From an uncultured delta proteobacterium (GTDB lineage: Bacteria; Myxococcota; B64-G9): a stretch of 64,000 bases of DNA. The notes under the pieces are model-generated. The model saw nothing but the letters and a program-made list of their open reading frames with translations, ran no database searches and was not told the origin of the DNA. The stretch is from assembly GCA_963754925.1 (NCBI GenBank), contig CAVWHX010000003.1:352001-416000 (forward strand). The letters are read 5' to 3'. Made by a program: the position numbers and the translations under genes. Every line of letters begins with the position of its first letter. The stretch's first letter is position 1. Shown piece after piece: positions 1-9,736 of this stretch.

Positions 1-667
1 TCGGACATTCATCGGTATCGAACATCCGGCTGCCTTTTTTATCTTGTACGGCGACCGGAACAATCTCCTGCTTGAACGTGCCAGCGGCAATCGATCGGAG
101 GGCTTTTTCGTATGAATGGAGGGCAAATGAATCCTGATCCGCGCGGCTTATGCCCCATTTCTCGGATATGAGATCGTTGCTGATTCCCATGTGGAAATCG
201 TTGACCACATCCCATAGGCCGTCATGCACCATGTGATCCAGTATTTTGGTATCGCCCATGCGGGCTCCCCAGCGTACGGCCGGCAGGTAAAAAGGGGCCA
301 GGCTCATATTCTCCATCCCTCCCGCAACCGCGATATCACTATAGCCGGATCTGATTAATTCAGAGGCCAGCACAACGGCCATGAGACCTGATCCGCAGAC
401 CTTATTGATCGTAAGCCCGCCCGCTTCCATAGGAATATTTGCTTTCATGGCCGCCTGCCTCCCCGGATTCTGGCCGTAGCCGCAGGGAAGCACCATGCCC
501 ATGATCACTTCCTGCACATCGCTTTTATCAATCGAGGCCCGGGAAACGGCCTCTTCTATGACCAGGGCGCCCAGATCGGTGGCACCGATTTTCGATAGAC
601 TTCCGCCAAAAGAACCAATCGGCGTTCTTACGGCGCTGACGATAACAACATCGCTATCTTTTAACAT
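1..667 (-). CDS. Acetyl-CoA acetyltransferase (thiolase), 5' part; runs off the window start
   Basis: Manual translation from ATG at 667: MLKDSDVVIVSAVRTPIGSFGGSL...GQNPGRQA...TINKVCGSGLMAV...AGGMENMS (thiolase active-site Cys motif). Confidence 0.93.
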   Translation of the reverse strand, partial: MLKDSDVVIVSAVRTPIGSFGGSLSKIGATDLGALVIEEAVSRASIDKSDVQEVIMGMVLPCGYGQNPGRQAAMKANIPMEAGGLTINKVCGSGLMAVVLASELIRSGYSDIAVAGGMENMSLAPFYLPAVRWGARMGDTKILDHMVHDGLWDVVNDFHMGISNDLISEKWGISRADQDSFALHSYEKALRSIAAGTFKQEIVPVAVQDKKGSRMFDTDECP

Positions 668-698
668 GGCTTCCTCTTCTCGTTTTAGCCCCTTATGG

Positions 699-2594
699 TC
701 ACTTTTTGCAGTATCCCAAGGTCTTAGCCGCATCTTCGATCTCTTCGAGGGTCGCCGGATCCTCGATGGTGGATGGTATAGTGAAATCCTGACCGTCGGC
801 GATCTTCCGCATGCTGGCTCGAAGAATCTTTCCGGATCGGGTCTTCGGCAGGCGCTTAACGATCACGGCTTGTTTAAACGCCGCCACCGCGCCGATCTGA
901 TCCCGTATCATGTTAACCAATTCCTTTATAATGGCAGCGTCTTCTTGCTTTACCCCTTCCTTCAGCACCACAAATCCCAGGGGAAGCTGGCCCTTGAAGT
1001 CATCGGCGGCTCCGACAACCGCGCATTCCGCCACAGCGGGATGCTTGGAGATAACCTCCTCCATAGAACCGGTGGAAAGACGGTGCCCGGCCACGTTGAT
1101 GACGTCGTCTACCCGGCCCATGATATAGAGGTAGCCGTCCTTATCGACATAACCCCCGTCACCGGTAAAGTAGTATCCCGGAAACGGATCGGTATAGGCT
1201 TCCGTGTACTTTTCATCATTCTGCCATAGCGTCGGCAGGGTGCCGGGCGGCAAGGGTAGCCGGATGGCGACCAGTCCCTCGGTCTCAGGAGGAAGTTTCT
1301 TCCCCTGGCTGTCTATCATTTCGACTTGGAATCCGGGGACTGCTTTGGTCGGAGAGCCCGCCTTGATGGGCAGCTGCTCGAGTCCCATGCAATTTGCCGC
1401 AATCGCCCAGCCGGTCTCCGTTTGCCACCAGTGGTCCACGACCGGTTTTTTGAGAATGTCCGACGCCCAGTAATACGTATCCGGATCAAGACGCTCGCCG
1501 GCGAGAAACAGATACCTGAATTTCGACAGATCGTATTTCTTGAAATGTTCTCCGGTGGGGTCTTCTTTCTTGATGGCTCGAAACGCAGTGGGCGCGGTGA
1601 AAAGCACTTTGACATCATGTTGCGCGATGACCCGCCAGAAGGCGCCGGGGTCGGGCGTTCCGACCGGCTTGCCCTCAAAAATAATGGTAGTGCAGCCGTA
1701 GAGCAGCGGGGCGTAGATGATATACGAGTGGCCGACCACCCATCCCACGTCCGAGGCGGCCCAGAAGACCTCTCCCGGATTCATCCCGTAGATATACTTC
1801 ATGCTCCATTTCAGCGCCACGGCGTGCCCGCCGTTGTCCCGCACTACGCCCTTGGGCAATCCAGTCGTGCCGGAGGTGTACAGAATATAGAGGGGATCCG
1901 TTGCTTTCACCATTACGCAATCGGCCGGGACGGCGTTCGTCACGGCTTCCGTCCAGTCTATGTCCCGGCCGACTTTGAGTGCCGCCTTTACCTGCTCGCG
2001 CTGGAAGATAATGCAGTGCGTTGGTTTGTGTTTCGCGATATCGATGGCACGGTCGAGCAGCGGCTTATAATCGATGACCTTCTTCCCTTCAATCCCGCAC
2101 GAGGCCGAGACGATGATTTTGGGTTTTGCATCGTCGATCCTGACGGCGAGCTCGTTGGGCGCAAAGCCTCCGAACACCATGGAATGTATGGCGCCGATCC
2201 TCGCGCACGCGTACATGGCGACCGCGGCCTGCGGTATCATCGGCATATAGATGATGACTCGATCGCCCTTTTCGACGCCGCAAGCCCTCAACGCCCCGGC
2301 GAATCGCGCCACCTCATCCCTCAATTCGCGATAGCTGATCTTACTGATTGTTCCTGTGACCGGACTATCATAGATGATGGCGGTTTGATCTCCCCGGCCC
2401 TGCTCGATATGATAATCAATGGCATTGTAACAGGTATTGAGCTCGCCATCGACAAACCAGCGATAAAACGGTTTTCGTGAATCATCCAATACCTTCGTGT
2501 ATTTCTTGCTCCAGATGACATCCTGCGCCGCCCGATCCCAGAAATGATCCGGAGTATTAATCGATTCATCGTACGCTTTTTGATAGGCGCCCAC
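699..2594 (-). CDS. prpE: Propionyl-CoA synthetase / acetate-CoA ligase family
   Basis: AMP-binding motif YTSGTTGLPKG, DHWWQTETG, GRVDDVINVAGHRL, LPKTRSGKILR; AASDVGWVVGHSY is PrpE-like. Confidence 0.85.
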   Translation of the reverse strand: MGAYQKAYDESINTPDHFWDRAAQDVIWSKKYTKVLDDSRKPFYRWFVDGELNTCYNAIDYHIEQGRGDQTAIIYDSPVTGTISKISYRELRDEVARFAGALRACGVEKGDRVIIYMPMIPQAAVAMYACARIGAIHSMVFGGFAPNELAVRIDDAKPKIIVSASCGIEGKKVIDYKPLLDRAIDIAKHKPTHCIIFQREQVKAALKVGRDIDWTEAVTNAVPADCVMVKATDPLYILYTSGTTGLPKGVVRDNGGHAVALKWSMKYIYGMNPGEVFWAASDVGWVVGHSYIIYAPLLYGCTTIIFEGKPVGTPDPGAFWRVIAQHDVKVLFTAPTAFRAIKKEDPTGEHFKKYDLSKFRYLFLAGERLDPDTYYWASDILKKPVVDHWWQTETGWAIAANCMGLEQLPIKAGSPTKAVPGFQVEMIDSQGKKLPPETEGLVAIRLPLPPGTLPTLWQNDEKYTEAYTDPFPGYYFTGDGGYVDKDGYLYIMGRVDDVINVAGHRLSTGSMEEVISKHPAVAECAVVGAADDFKGQLPLGFVVLKEGVKQEDAAIIKELVNMIRDQIGAVAAFKQAVIVKRLPKTRSGKILRASMRKIADGQDFTIPSTIEDPATLEEIEDAAKTLGYCKK

Positions 2595-2765
2595 CGGTGT
2601 CCTCCTTATTATGTTGTCATGTTGAACAATCGTTTATTCTTTTGTTTTCTTTTTCATTCAAGCACAACCCTGAATTTGTACTTGTTCTCCACGAAGTGCG
2701 TCCAGACGATCTTGCAGTTCGGCCTGGTGAAATTGGTGCGCCTGGTGCCATAAAACAGCATCCTT

Positions 2766-3569
2766 TCACCCGATCAATCGGTTGTTGCGCTCGACGGCCT
2801 GCCCTATTTTGCGTTCCAACTCATTGGTGATTCGGGGGGCGTTGTCATTGCTGAGGCCGGCGGTTTCAAGCACCTCGACTACTTCAACGATCAGGTAGGA
2901 GGGTCTCTTTTGCCACCTGTTTTTCGGCATGGCCTTGAAGGTTCCGCTGATGGCGATGATGACCAAGGGGATCTGCGCTTCGATTGCGCTGTAGATGGGC
3001 GTTTTTTTGAATGTATGAACCGATCCGTCCCGGGTGCGGGTGCCTTCCGGAAACGAAAGAAACCAGAGGCTATGATGCTGGAGGTGGTGCATGCTCCTGC
3101 CGATCCCGGCGACGGCATTCCGGCCCTTGCGGCGATCGATGAAAATATCGCGGCGGGCAAGCTGGGCGATGTTGAGAAGCGGCACCCAAAGCAGTTCAAT
3201 CTTGGTGACGAACCTGATCACATTGGGCAGCAAAGCCATAAGCAGGGGGATATCAAGCCAGGAAGCATGGTTGCTGATAATCTGCGCTGACCGGCCCCGG
3301 TAAGGCCTAAGCTTTTCAGAGCCTTTAAAAGTCACCCGGTGAAACCCGGATCGGACCAGAGGCTTGGCCCAGATGTTCACTTCCATCCAGTCGGTGACTG
3401 GCCGCAACGGCCGACGAAGCGGCGACAGCAATTCCAGCGATAAAAGAAAAATGTATGACGGCATCGCGGCCACGGAAATCGCACACCATGCGAACCACCA
3501 CCAGGCGTAAAAACCCACCTCTCTGATAGTTCGTAATAACGCAACGAGCATGGCGCTTTTTTGCCCCAT
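2766..3569 (-). CDS. plsC: 1-acyl-sn-glycerol-3-phosphate acyltransferase
   Basis: NHASWLD (HX4D), FIDRR and FPEGTRT motifs. Confidence 0.85.
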   Translation of the reverse strand: MGQKSAMLVALLRTIREVGFYAWWWFAWCAISVAAMPSYIFLLSLELLSPLRRPLRPVTDWMEVNIWAKPLVRSGFHRVTFKGSEKLRPYRGRSAQIISNHASWLDIPLLMALLPNVIRFVTKIELLWVPLLNIAQLARRDIFIDRRKGRNAVAGIGRSMHHLQHHSLWFLSFPEGTRTRDGSVHTFKKTPIYSAIEAQIPLVIIAISGTFKAMPKNRWQKRPSYLIVEVVEVLETAGLSNDNAPRITNELERKIGQAVERNNRLIG

Positions 3570-3599
3570 TAGTTTTGAAACCAGCTCGATTTATTAGTA

Positions 3600-3689
3600 C
3601 TATTTTCTGCCATATCCAAGTGTTTTGACAGCCTCTTCGATTTCACCCAGGCTCGCCGGATCGTCGATGGTGGATGGTGAAGTGAACTC
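3600..3689 (-). pseudogene. Remnant 3' end of a second acyl-CoA synthetase gene
   Basis: EFTSPSTIDDPASLGEIEEAVKTLGYGRK* matches the C-terminus of 699..2594 (DFTIPSTIEDPATLEEIEDAAKTLGYCKK*) at 20/29 positions. Confidence 0.75.
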
Positions 3690-3727
3690 CCTCATCCAAA
3701 CGTTGCATTTGCAGAGGCAAACACACA

Positions 3728-4918
3728 TTATATGGCCAGGTTTTCCCAGACGACGGCGATACCTAATCCCGTTCCAATACAGGCGCTGCTGATTCCGTAT
3801 TTGCATTTTCTGCGAATCATTTCTTTCAGGAGAGTAATGCTGATCCGGGTCCCCGTGTTGCCCAAAGCATGTCCCAAGGCGATGGCACCGCCATTCACGT
3901 TGACTATGTTGTGGTCCAGACCCAGTTCCTTTTCGCAGGCAATAACCTGAGCGGCAAACGCTTCGTTGATCTCAATTAGACCCATATCGCCCAAATTCAA
4001 GTTAGCTCTTTTTAATGAGGCCTTTATAGCGGGAGCAGGACCGATGCCAAAGATGTGCATCTCGACACCCGCCGAGGCATATCCCCTGATCTTGGCGATG
4101 GGCTTCATATTGAGTTCCTGAGCCTTCTTCTCGCTCATAAGCACCATCAGGGAAGCCCCGTCATTGATCCCACAGGCATTCCCCGCCGTGACCGTCCCTC
4201 CCGGAATAATAGGGGACAACTTGGCGAGTCCTTCCACTGTGGTTTCTGCGCGGGGGTGCTCATCCGTATCAATGATTTTTGTTTCCTTCTTGCTGACCTT
4301 CACCTCAATGGGAATGATCTCTTCTTTGAACTTACCTTCCCTGATCGCCGATACAGCCCTCTGCTGGCTCGTGTAGGCAAAAAGGTCCTGATCCGCCCGT
4401 GTGATATCGTACATTTTGGACAGATTTTCCGCTGTTTGCGCTGCTGGCCTTTTTTGCGGATCAGGATTATCCGCCAATACCTGCATAAGAGTATCTACCA
4501 GGATGTCGTCTCCCATGCGGTACCCGAACCTGGCTTTATTCAGAGCGAATCGATACTGGGACATGTTTTCCACGCCACCGGCCAAAACTACCTCATTACG
4601 TCCGACCAATATTGAATCCGCTGCATTATGCAAAGCCTTCAGACCGGACCCGCACAGTTTGTTGATGCCGTATCCGACTACCGAGACCGGCAACCCTGCC
4701 AGCTGACCCGCCCAGCGAGCCAGACACGAATCATTACTTCGGTTCTCCACATTACCCAGGATAACTTCGTTGATCTCCGCCGAATTGAAATTTACCTTCT
4801 TCATAATCGAAGAAATGATAAAGGTGGCCAGTTCGATGGATGGCACATTGGCAAGTCCACCTCCCATTCTTCCCACCGCCGTTCTACCCATTTCCACCAC
4901 AACTACATCGTTAGACAT
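3728..4918 (-). CDS. Thiolase (acetyl-CoA C-acyltransferase)
   Basis: INKLCGSG, NEAFAAQ, GGAIALGHALG and C-terminal SACIGTG motifs. Confidence 0.93.
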   Translation of the reverse strand: MSNDVVVVEMGRTAVGRMGGGLANVPSIELATFIISSIMKKVNFNSAEINEVILGNVENRSNDSCLARWAGQLAGLPVSVVGYGINKLCGSGLKALHNAADSILVGRNEVVLAGGVENMSQYRFALNKARFGYRMGDDILVDTLMQVLADNPDPQKRPAAQTAENLSKMYDITRADQDLFAYTSQQRAVSAIREGKFKEEIIPIEVKVSKKETKIIDTDEHPRAETTVEGLAKLSPIIPGGTVTAGNACGINDGASLMVLMSEKKAQELNMKPIAKIRGYASAGVEMHIFGIGPAPAIKASLKRANLNLGDMGLIEINEAFAAQVIACEKELGLDHNIVNVNGGAIALGHALGNTGTRISITLLKEMIRRKCKYGISSACIGTGLGIAVVWENLAI

Positions 4919-4988
4919 TTAATGAAACCTCCTTTAATTTATTATTGATATTTATATGCCGGCCAAAAATTTTTAATACGATTGCCTC

Positions 4989-6455
4989 TTATTTAATATT
5001 CAAGTCTTCATGAATTCCCGCGATCTTTCTGGCCAGCTTCTCTTTCATGCTCACATTGCTATAGCGGGAAATCATCACTTTCTGTGCCTGCGGGGAACCG
5101 GCTCCGTGAATCGACTCCGTAAAGAACGCTACGGCTCCTGTTCCCATCGTGATGTTCTCAATCAGCCGAATGCAGCGAACCCTGTCCTCCCAAGAAACAT
5201 CCGCCGCACCTTTCAAATACTTCTTCATGAGTTTACCGACATCACCAGGTATCTCAAAATCCTTCTCCGAGGGAGTTGTCCCAATAACCGCCCCCGCCAG
5301 ATCCTGAGCTAGACGCGAAATCTCCGCAGGGAATCTGGTAATATTGAGTTTACAGACATTGGCCAATAACCCGTTAACAAGATAGCCTCCGGAACGGTGA
5401 CGGCTTCCTTCGGATTGAGCGGCAAGCGCACACGCATGGCATGTTTCGGCGAGGTGAACCATTTCAGTCAGCTTGTCCTTGACATGGGAGGCTTTGGCCG
5501 TACCGTTGTATTCCGTCATCAACGATGCGGCACCGATCAAGACATCGGCAACGCCGACCTTACAGCCTCCATAGCTGGTACGGTGATAATTGGCGAATAT
5601 TTCAACAAGCCGCCCCGAATATTTTGTCTCGCCGCACATGAAAACATTTTCCCAGGGGACGAAAACATTATCAAAAATTATATATGCCTCTTGTCCTCCA
5701 AAATTGAGGTTTCCAACATCAATGGTGCCGCCCTCTATTTTCCGCGTGTCACAGGACTGGCGGCCGTAAACATAGGTGATCCCCTTCGTGTTAGATGGTG
5801 TAACAAAAGCAATAGCATAATCCTTATCTGCTTCTTTCATAGTCGTGGTGGGAACCACCGCTATCCAATGAGAATTGGTAGCGCCGGTTTGGTGGGCTTT
5901 GCAACCCCGCACGATAACGCCCTTGGCGTCTTTCTTGACGACATGTAGATACATGTCCGGATCCGCCTGCTGGCTCGGAGGCAGGGAGCGATCTCCCTTC
6001 GCATCGGTCATCGCTGCATCGCAGACCAGATCCTCTTCCTGTATGATCTTCAAAAAATTCAGAAATCTCTGGTGATATTCCGTTTTCAGATCCGCATCCA
6101 TTTCATAGGTTATCGCATTAAGGGAATTCATCACATCAAGACCCGCACAACGCTGGAAACAGGATGCCGTCTTCTGTCCCATCAGGCGGAGGAGTTTCAC
6201 TTTCTTCGTCAAGTCTTCCGTACTTTGATGGATATGACAGAACCGGTTAATTTTTTTGCCCGTGACATGCGATGTGGCTGTTGCCAGATCCTCATAGTGC
6301 GGGTCATAGGCAAGATCGTAGGTAACTCCCACGCAATTGATGGAAGGCCAAATCATGGGATGATCCACGTTCTTAACCCGCTCCCCCATGATATAAACGG
6401 GCAGATTCAACTGTCTGATACTATCAAAATATTCTTCCTTCGTTTTCAACGGCAT
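4989..6455 (-). CDS. abfD: 4-hydroxybutyryl-CoA dehydratase / vinylacetyl-CoA delta-isomerase
   Basis: CFQRC and HRTSYGGCK Fe-S ligand motifs; FGGQEA and ESIHGAGSPQAQ conserved segments. Confidence 0.85.
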   Translation of the reverse strand: MPLKTKEEYFDSIRQLNLPVYIMGERVKNVDHPMIWPSINCVGVTYDLAYDPHYEDLATATSHVTGKKINRFCHIHQSTEDLTKKVKLLRLMGQKTASCFQRCAGLDVMNSLNAITYEMDADLKTEYHQRFLNFLKIIQEEDLVCDAAMTDAKGDRSLPPSQQADPDMYLHVVKKDAKGVIVRGCKAHQTGATNSHWIAVVPTTTMKEADKDYAIAFVTPSNTKGITYVYGRQSCDTRKIEGGTIDVGNLNFGGQEAYIIFDNVFVPWENVFMCGETKYSGRLVEIFANYHRTSYGGCKVGVADVLIGAASLMTEYNGTAKASHVKDKLTEMVHLAETCHACALAAQSEGSRHRSGGYLVNGLLANVCKLNITRFPAEISRLAQDLAGAVIGTTPSEKDFEIPGDVGKLMKKYLKGAADVSWEDRVRCIRLIENITMGTGAVAFFTESIHGAGSPQAQKVMISRYSNVSMKEKLARKIAGIHEDLNIK

Positions 6456-6507
6456 GACCTCTCTCCTACTTGTTTAATGGTCTTGAATATCCGCTGAAAT
6501 GTACAAA

Positions 6508-7380
6508 CTACTTTTTCGTATAATCGTATACACCTTTTCCTGTTTTGCGGCCGTAATGGCCTGCCCTCACCAGTTTGACTAAGAGAGGTGCCGGCCTGTA
6601 TTTGTCGCCAAGTTCTGCATGAAAGGTCTCCATCACATGGAGAAGGGTTTCAAGACCCACAAGGTCTGCAAGAGCCAACGGTCCGATGGGGTGATTTAAT
6701 CCGAAAACAACGCCTTTATCGATGTCTTCCGCACTGGCAACCCCTTCACCCAGTGCGAAAAAAGCTTCGTTCAGCATCGGTGAAGTTATCCGGTTAACGG
6801 CGAATCCAGCCGAGTCATTTACCATAATGACTTCCTTTCCCAACTTCTTGCCCCAGGCCTTGGCAATTTCCTGCGTCTCTTCCGATGTTTCATATCCTTT
6901 GACAAGCTCCAGGAGTTTCATGACAGGCACCGGATTAAAAAAATGTGCACCGATGAATCTATCTGGTCTGTCCGTCGCTGCTGCCATCGCCGTGACGCTC
7001 AAGCTGGATGTATTGCTGAAAATAAGGGCATCAGGTTTTACCATTCCCTTCAGTTCCTGATAGACTTTTTTCTTGACATCCATGACTTCAATCACGGCTT
7101 CCATAATGATGTCTGCATCTTTTGCGGCTTCCTTGAGATCAAGCGTTGGTTTTATTCTGCCCTGAATTGCATCTGCGTCTCCCTGGGTTCGCTTTCCCTT
7201 TGCAACATCGCGGCTCAGATTTTTCTTGATCGTATCCATCCCCTTATCGAGGAACATCTTTTCGATATCCCGCAGGCTGACTTCATAGCCCGCCTGAGCA
7301 CAAACCTGAGCAATACCGTTACCCATTAATCCCGCACCCAACACGCATATCTTCTTAATCTCCACGTCTGGCCTCCTCAT
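6508..7380 (-). CDS. hbd: 3-hydroxybutyryl-CoA dehydrogenase
   Basis: [11 protein letters not shown]ossmann motif, [23 protein letters not shown]. Confidence 0.9.
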   Translation of the reverse strand: MRRPDVEIKKICVLGAGLMGNGIAQVCAQAGYEVSLRDIEKMFLDKGMDTIKKNLSRDVAKGKRTQGDADAIQGRIKPTLDLKEAAKDADIIMEAVIEVMDVKKKVYQELKGMVKPDALIFSNTSSLSVTAMAAATDRPDRFIGAHFFNPVPVMKLLELVKGYETSEETQEIAKAWGKKLGKEVIMVNDSAGFAVNRITSPMLNEAFFALGEGVASAEDIDKGVVFGLNHPIGPLALADLVGLETLLHVMETFHAELGDKYRPAPLLVKLVRAGHYGRKTGKGVYDYTKK

Positions 7381-7429
7381 TTTTCTAAGATTTTTTTATT
7401 TCAAATGCTCACCCAAGAGAAAAATAACG

Positions 7430-8566
7430 TCATTTCAGTATGTGATTGGAGATGACGACCCTCTGGATCTGATTCGTGCCTTCATAAATCTGCATAACTT
7501 TTGCGTCACGCATTAACTTTTCCACCGTATACTCCCTGAGATAGCCATAGCCGCCGAGAATCTGCACGGCGTTTGTCGTGACCCGCATCGCCACATCCGA
7601 GGCGAAACATTTTGCGTAGGAAGCAACATGGCTGAAGGGCAGGCCGTTCATGGCCAACCAGCAGGCCTTGTACGTCAGTAATCTTGCCGCCTCGATTTCC
7701 ATGGCCATATCGGCCAGCATGAAACGGATGGACTGATAATTGGAGATGGTTTGTCCGAAGGCGGATCTCTCTTTCGAGTAGTTAACGGCGATATCAAAGG
7801 CCCTCTGGGCGACCCCGACGCCTTCCGCCGCCACGGAGGGCCGGGAAAGATCCAGGGCCTTCATGCAGATATTAAAACCTTCGCCTTCCTCTCCCAGGCG
7901 ATTCGCAACCGGCACGGCCACCTCTTCAAAAATGACCTGCCGTGTATCGGATGTGTGCACGCCCATCTTCTTCTCTGCCGGCCCAACAGAGATGCCTGGC
8001 GTATGCCGATCGACGATGAAACCGATGATGCCTTTGTAACGCTGGTTTCTGTCAGTCGTCGCAAAAACGACATACATATCCGCCACGCCGGCGTTCGTAA
8101 TGAACTGCTTGCTCCCATTGAGGATGTAGTAATCCCCTTTTTTCACCGCCGTGGTCGAAAGCGCCGCCACATCCGACCCCGCGCCGGGCTCAGTCAGGCA
8201 GAACGCCGCCAGTTTTCCCCTATTCAGGGCATCGAAAAAGCGCGTTTTCTGGTCTTCGTTCCCGCCGACCAGGACAGGACAGGGAGCCAAAAGACCGCTC
8301 AACGCCATGGTGATGCCTACGCCAAGGTCGCCGTAGCACAACTCCTCCGTCACGATCATCTGACCGATCATATCCACGCCGGGCCCGCCGTATTCCGCGG
8401 GAACGGCGGTGTTCATCAACCCGACCTCATACATTTTTTTTATTATTTCTGCTGGATACTCTTCTTTAGCATCGTACTCGCCGATATAGGGAATGATTTC
8501 CCGCTTGGTAAACTTACGGACCGTCTTTTTCATCTCTTCCTGTTCATCTGTTAAACGAAAATCCAT
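7430..8566 (-). CDS. Acyl-CoA dehydrogenase (butyryl-CoA DH-like)
   Basis: FCLTEPGAGSD, GSKQFITN, QILGGYGY, IYEGTNQIQR. Confidence 0.92.
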   Translation of the reverse strand: MDFRLTDEQEEMKKTVRKFTKREIIPYIGEYDAKEEYPAEIIKKMYEVGLMNTAVPAEYGGPGVDMIGQMIVTEELCYGDLGVGITMALSGLLAPCPVLVGGNEDQKTRFFDALNRGKLAAFCLTEPGAGSDVAALSTTAVKKGDYYILNGSKQFITNAGVADMYVVFATTDRNQRYKGIIGFIVDRHTPGISVGPAEKKMGVHTSDTRQVIFEEVAVPVANRLGEEGEGFNICMKALDLSRPSVAAEGVGVAQRAFDIAVNYSKERSAFGQTISNYQSIRFMLADMAMEIEAARLLTYKACWLAMNGLPFSHVASYAKCFASDVAMRVTTNAVQILGGYGYLREYTVEKLMRDAKVMQIYEGTNQIQRVVISNHILK

Positions 8567-8633
8567 TACATCCCTCCGTCATCATACCATGTTGCAAACA
8601 AAACCTTTCCTCTTGCTGCGCAAGACTGCCAAG

Positions 8634-9398
8634 TTACTCACCGGTAAAGTTCGGTTTTCTTTTTTCCGCAAAGGCCCTCATGCCTTCTATCTGATCTTTG
8701 GTTGCATACAACCCCGACCAGGCCAACTTCTCTAATGCCAGCCCCGACTGCAGATCCATGGTGAAGACAGCGTTTATGCATTGCTTTGCAAATTTAATTG
8801 CTATGGGGGGAGCATTGGAGAATTTATCCGCAAGCTCCAACGCCCTCTCGATCGGGTTGTCGGCAATTTCATTAATTAAACCATAGTGAAGCGCCTGATC
8901 CGCTTTCACCAGTTTCCCCTGAAAAATCATCTCTTTTGCGCGGCTGACGCCGATGAGACGAGGCAATCTTTGCGTACCGCCAGCACCGGGGAATATACCC
9001 AAATTAATTTCCGGAAAGCCAACCACAGCGTTTGGTGAGGCAATTCGAATATCGCACACCAGGGCTAGCTCCAAACCGCCGCCCAAGGCATACCCCGACA
9101 TGGCCGCAATGGTAGGAATAGGGAGATTTTCAATCTTCGCATACGTCCCAAGGAAGCAGAACCTTCGCGCCTCCTCAGGACCTATATCCATCATCTCTTT
9201 AATATCTGCTCCGGCGGCAAAGTTCTCCTCACCGCCGATCACGAGAACACGAATAGACGTATCGGCGGAAAGGGACTCCGCAGCCGTATCCAATTCACGG
9301 ATAACCTGAGAATTCAACACGTTTTTAACCTCGGGACGATTAAGCTTAAGAAGCGCTACCTTACCGTTTACCGAAAACTGAATAGTCTCAAAATTCAT
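8634..9398 (-). CDS. crt: Enoyl-CoA hydratase (crotonase)
   Basis: FAAGADI, ALGGGLELA, PEINLGIFPGAGGTQRL (both catalytic Glu present). Confidence 0.88.
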   Translation of the reverse strand: MNFETIQFSVNGKVALLKLNRPEVKNVLNSQVIRELDTAAESLSADTSIRVLVIGGEENFAAGADIKEMMDIGPEEARRFCFLGTYAKIENLPIPTIAAMSGYALGGGLELALVCDIRIASPNAVVGFPEINLGIFPGAGGTQRLPRLIGVSRAKEMIFQGKLVKADQALHYGLINEIADNPIERALELADKFSNAPPIAIKFAKQCINAVFTMDLQSGLALEKLAWSGLYATKDQIEGMRAFAEKRKPNFTGE

Positions 9399-9474
9399 GG
9401 GTGCTCCTCGTTCTTCTTTGAAAATCGCTATGTTGCCACAAAGGTTTGGACCTTGTCAAATTGACGAGTTTAGG

Positions 9475-9490
9475 TGCGAGGATCGTGCCA
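9475..9490 (-). promoter_or_regulatory. Sigma54 -24/-12 promoter for the crt...thiolase cluster
   Basis: Minus strand TGGCACGATCCTCGCA (GG-N10-GC), about 77 bp upstream of the crt start and divergent from a sigma54 activator. Confidence 0.7.
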
Positions 9491-9629
9491 CTTCTCCTGC
9501 AAGAACTTGGTGCAAAGTTTTATCATATTGGTTTTATTTACATAAATCTCTAATAAGGCCAGCAGGATCCGCTGATAAAAAGCCCTAATGACTGACGTTT
9601 TGAACCGATTTAGATTCAAATCATCATAT

Positions 9630-9679
9630 TTGATGCTATTTGTAATCAATCAGCAAATATTGATTCATTTTCGCATCAA
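9630..9679. promoter_or_regulatory. Tandem palindromic sites, candidate activator enhancer (UAS)
   Basis: TTGAT-N10-ATCAA at 9630-9649 and 9660-9679 (30-bp spacing). Confidence 0.55.
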
Positions 9680-9736
9680 AAGATGATACAATGGACTTCA
9701 TAAGTAGAAGGATACAGGCTCAAGGAAGGAAAGGCC

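Noticed and set aside
2731..2750. Sigma54 promoter for prpE (minus-strand TGGCAC)
   Set aside because: No GC doublet at the -12 position
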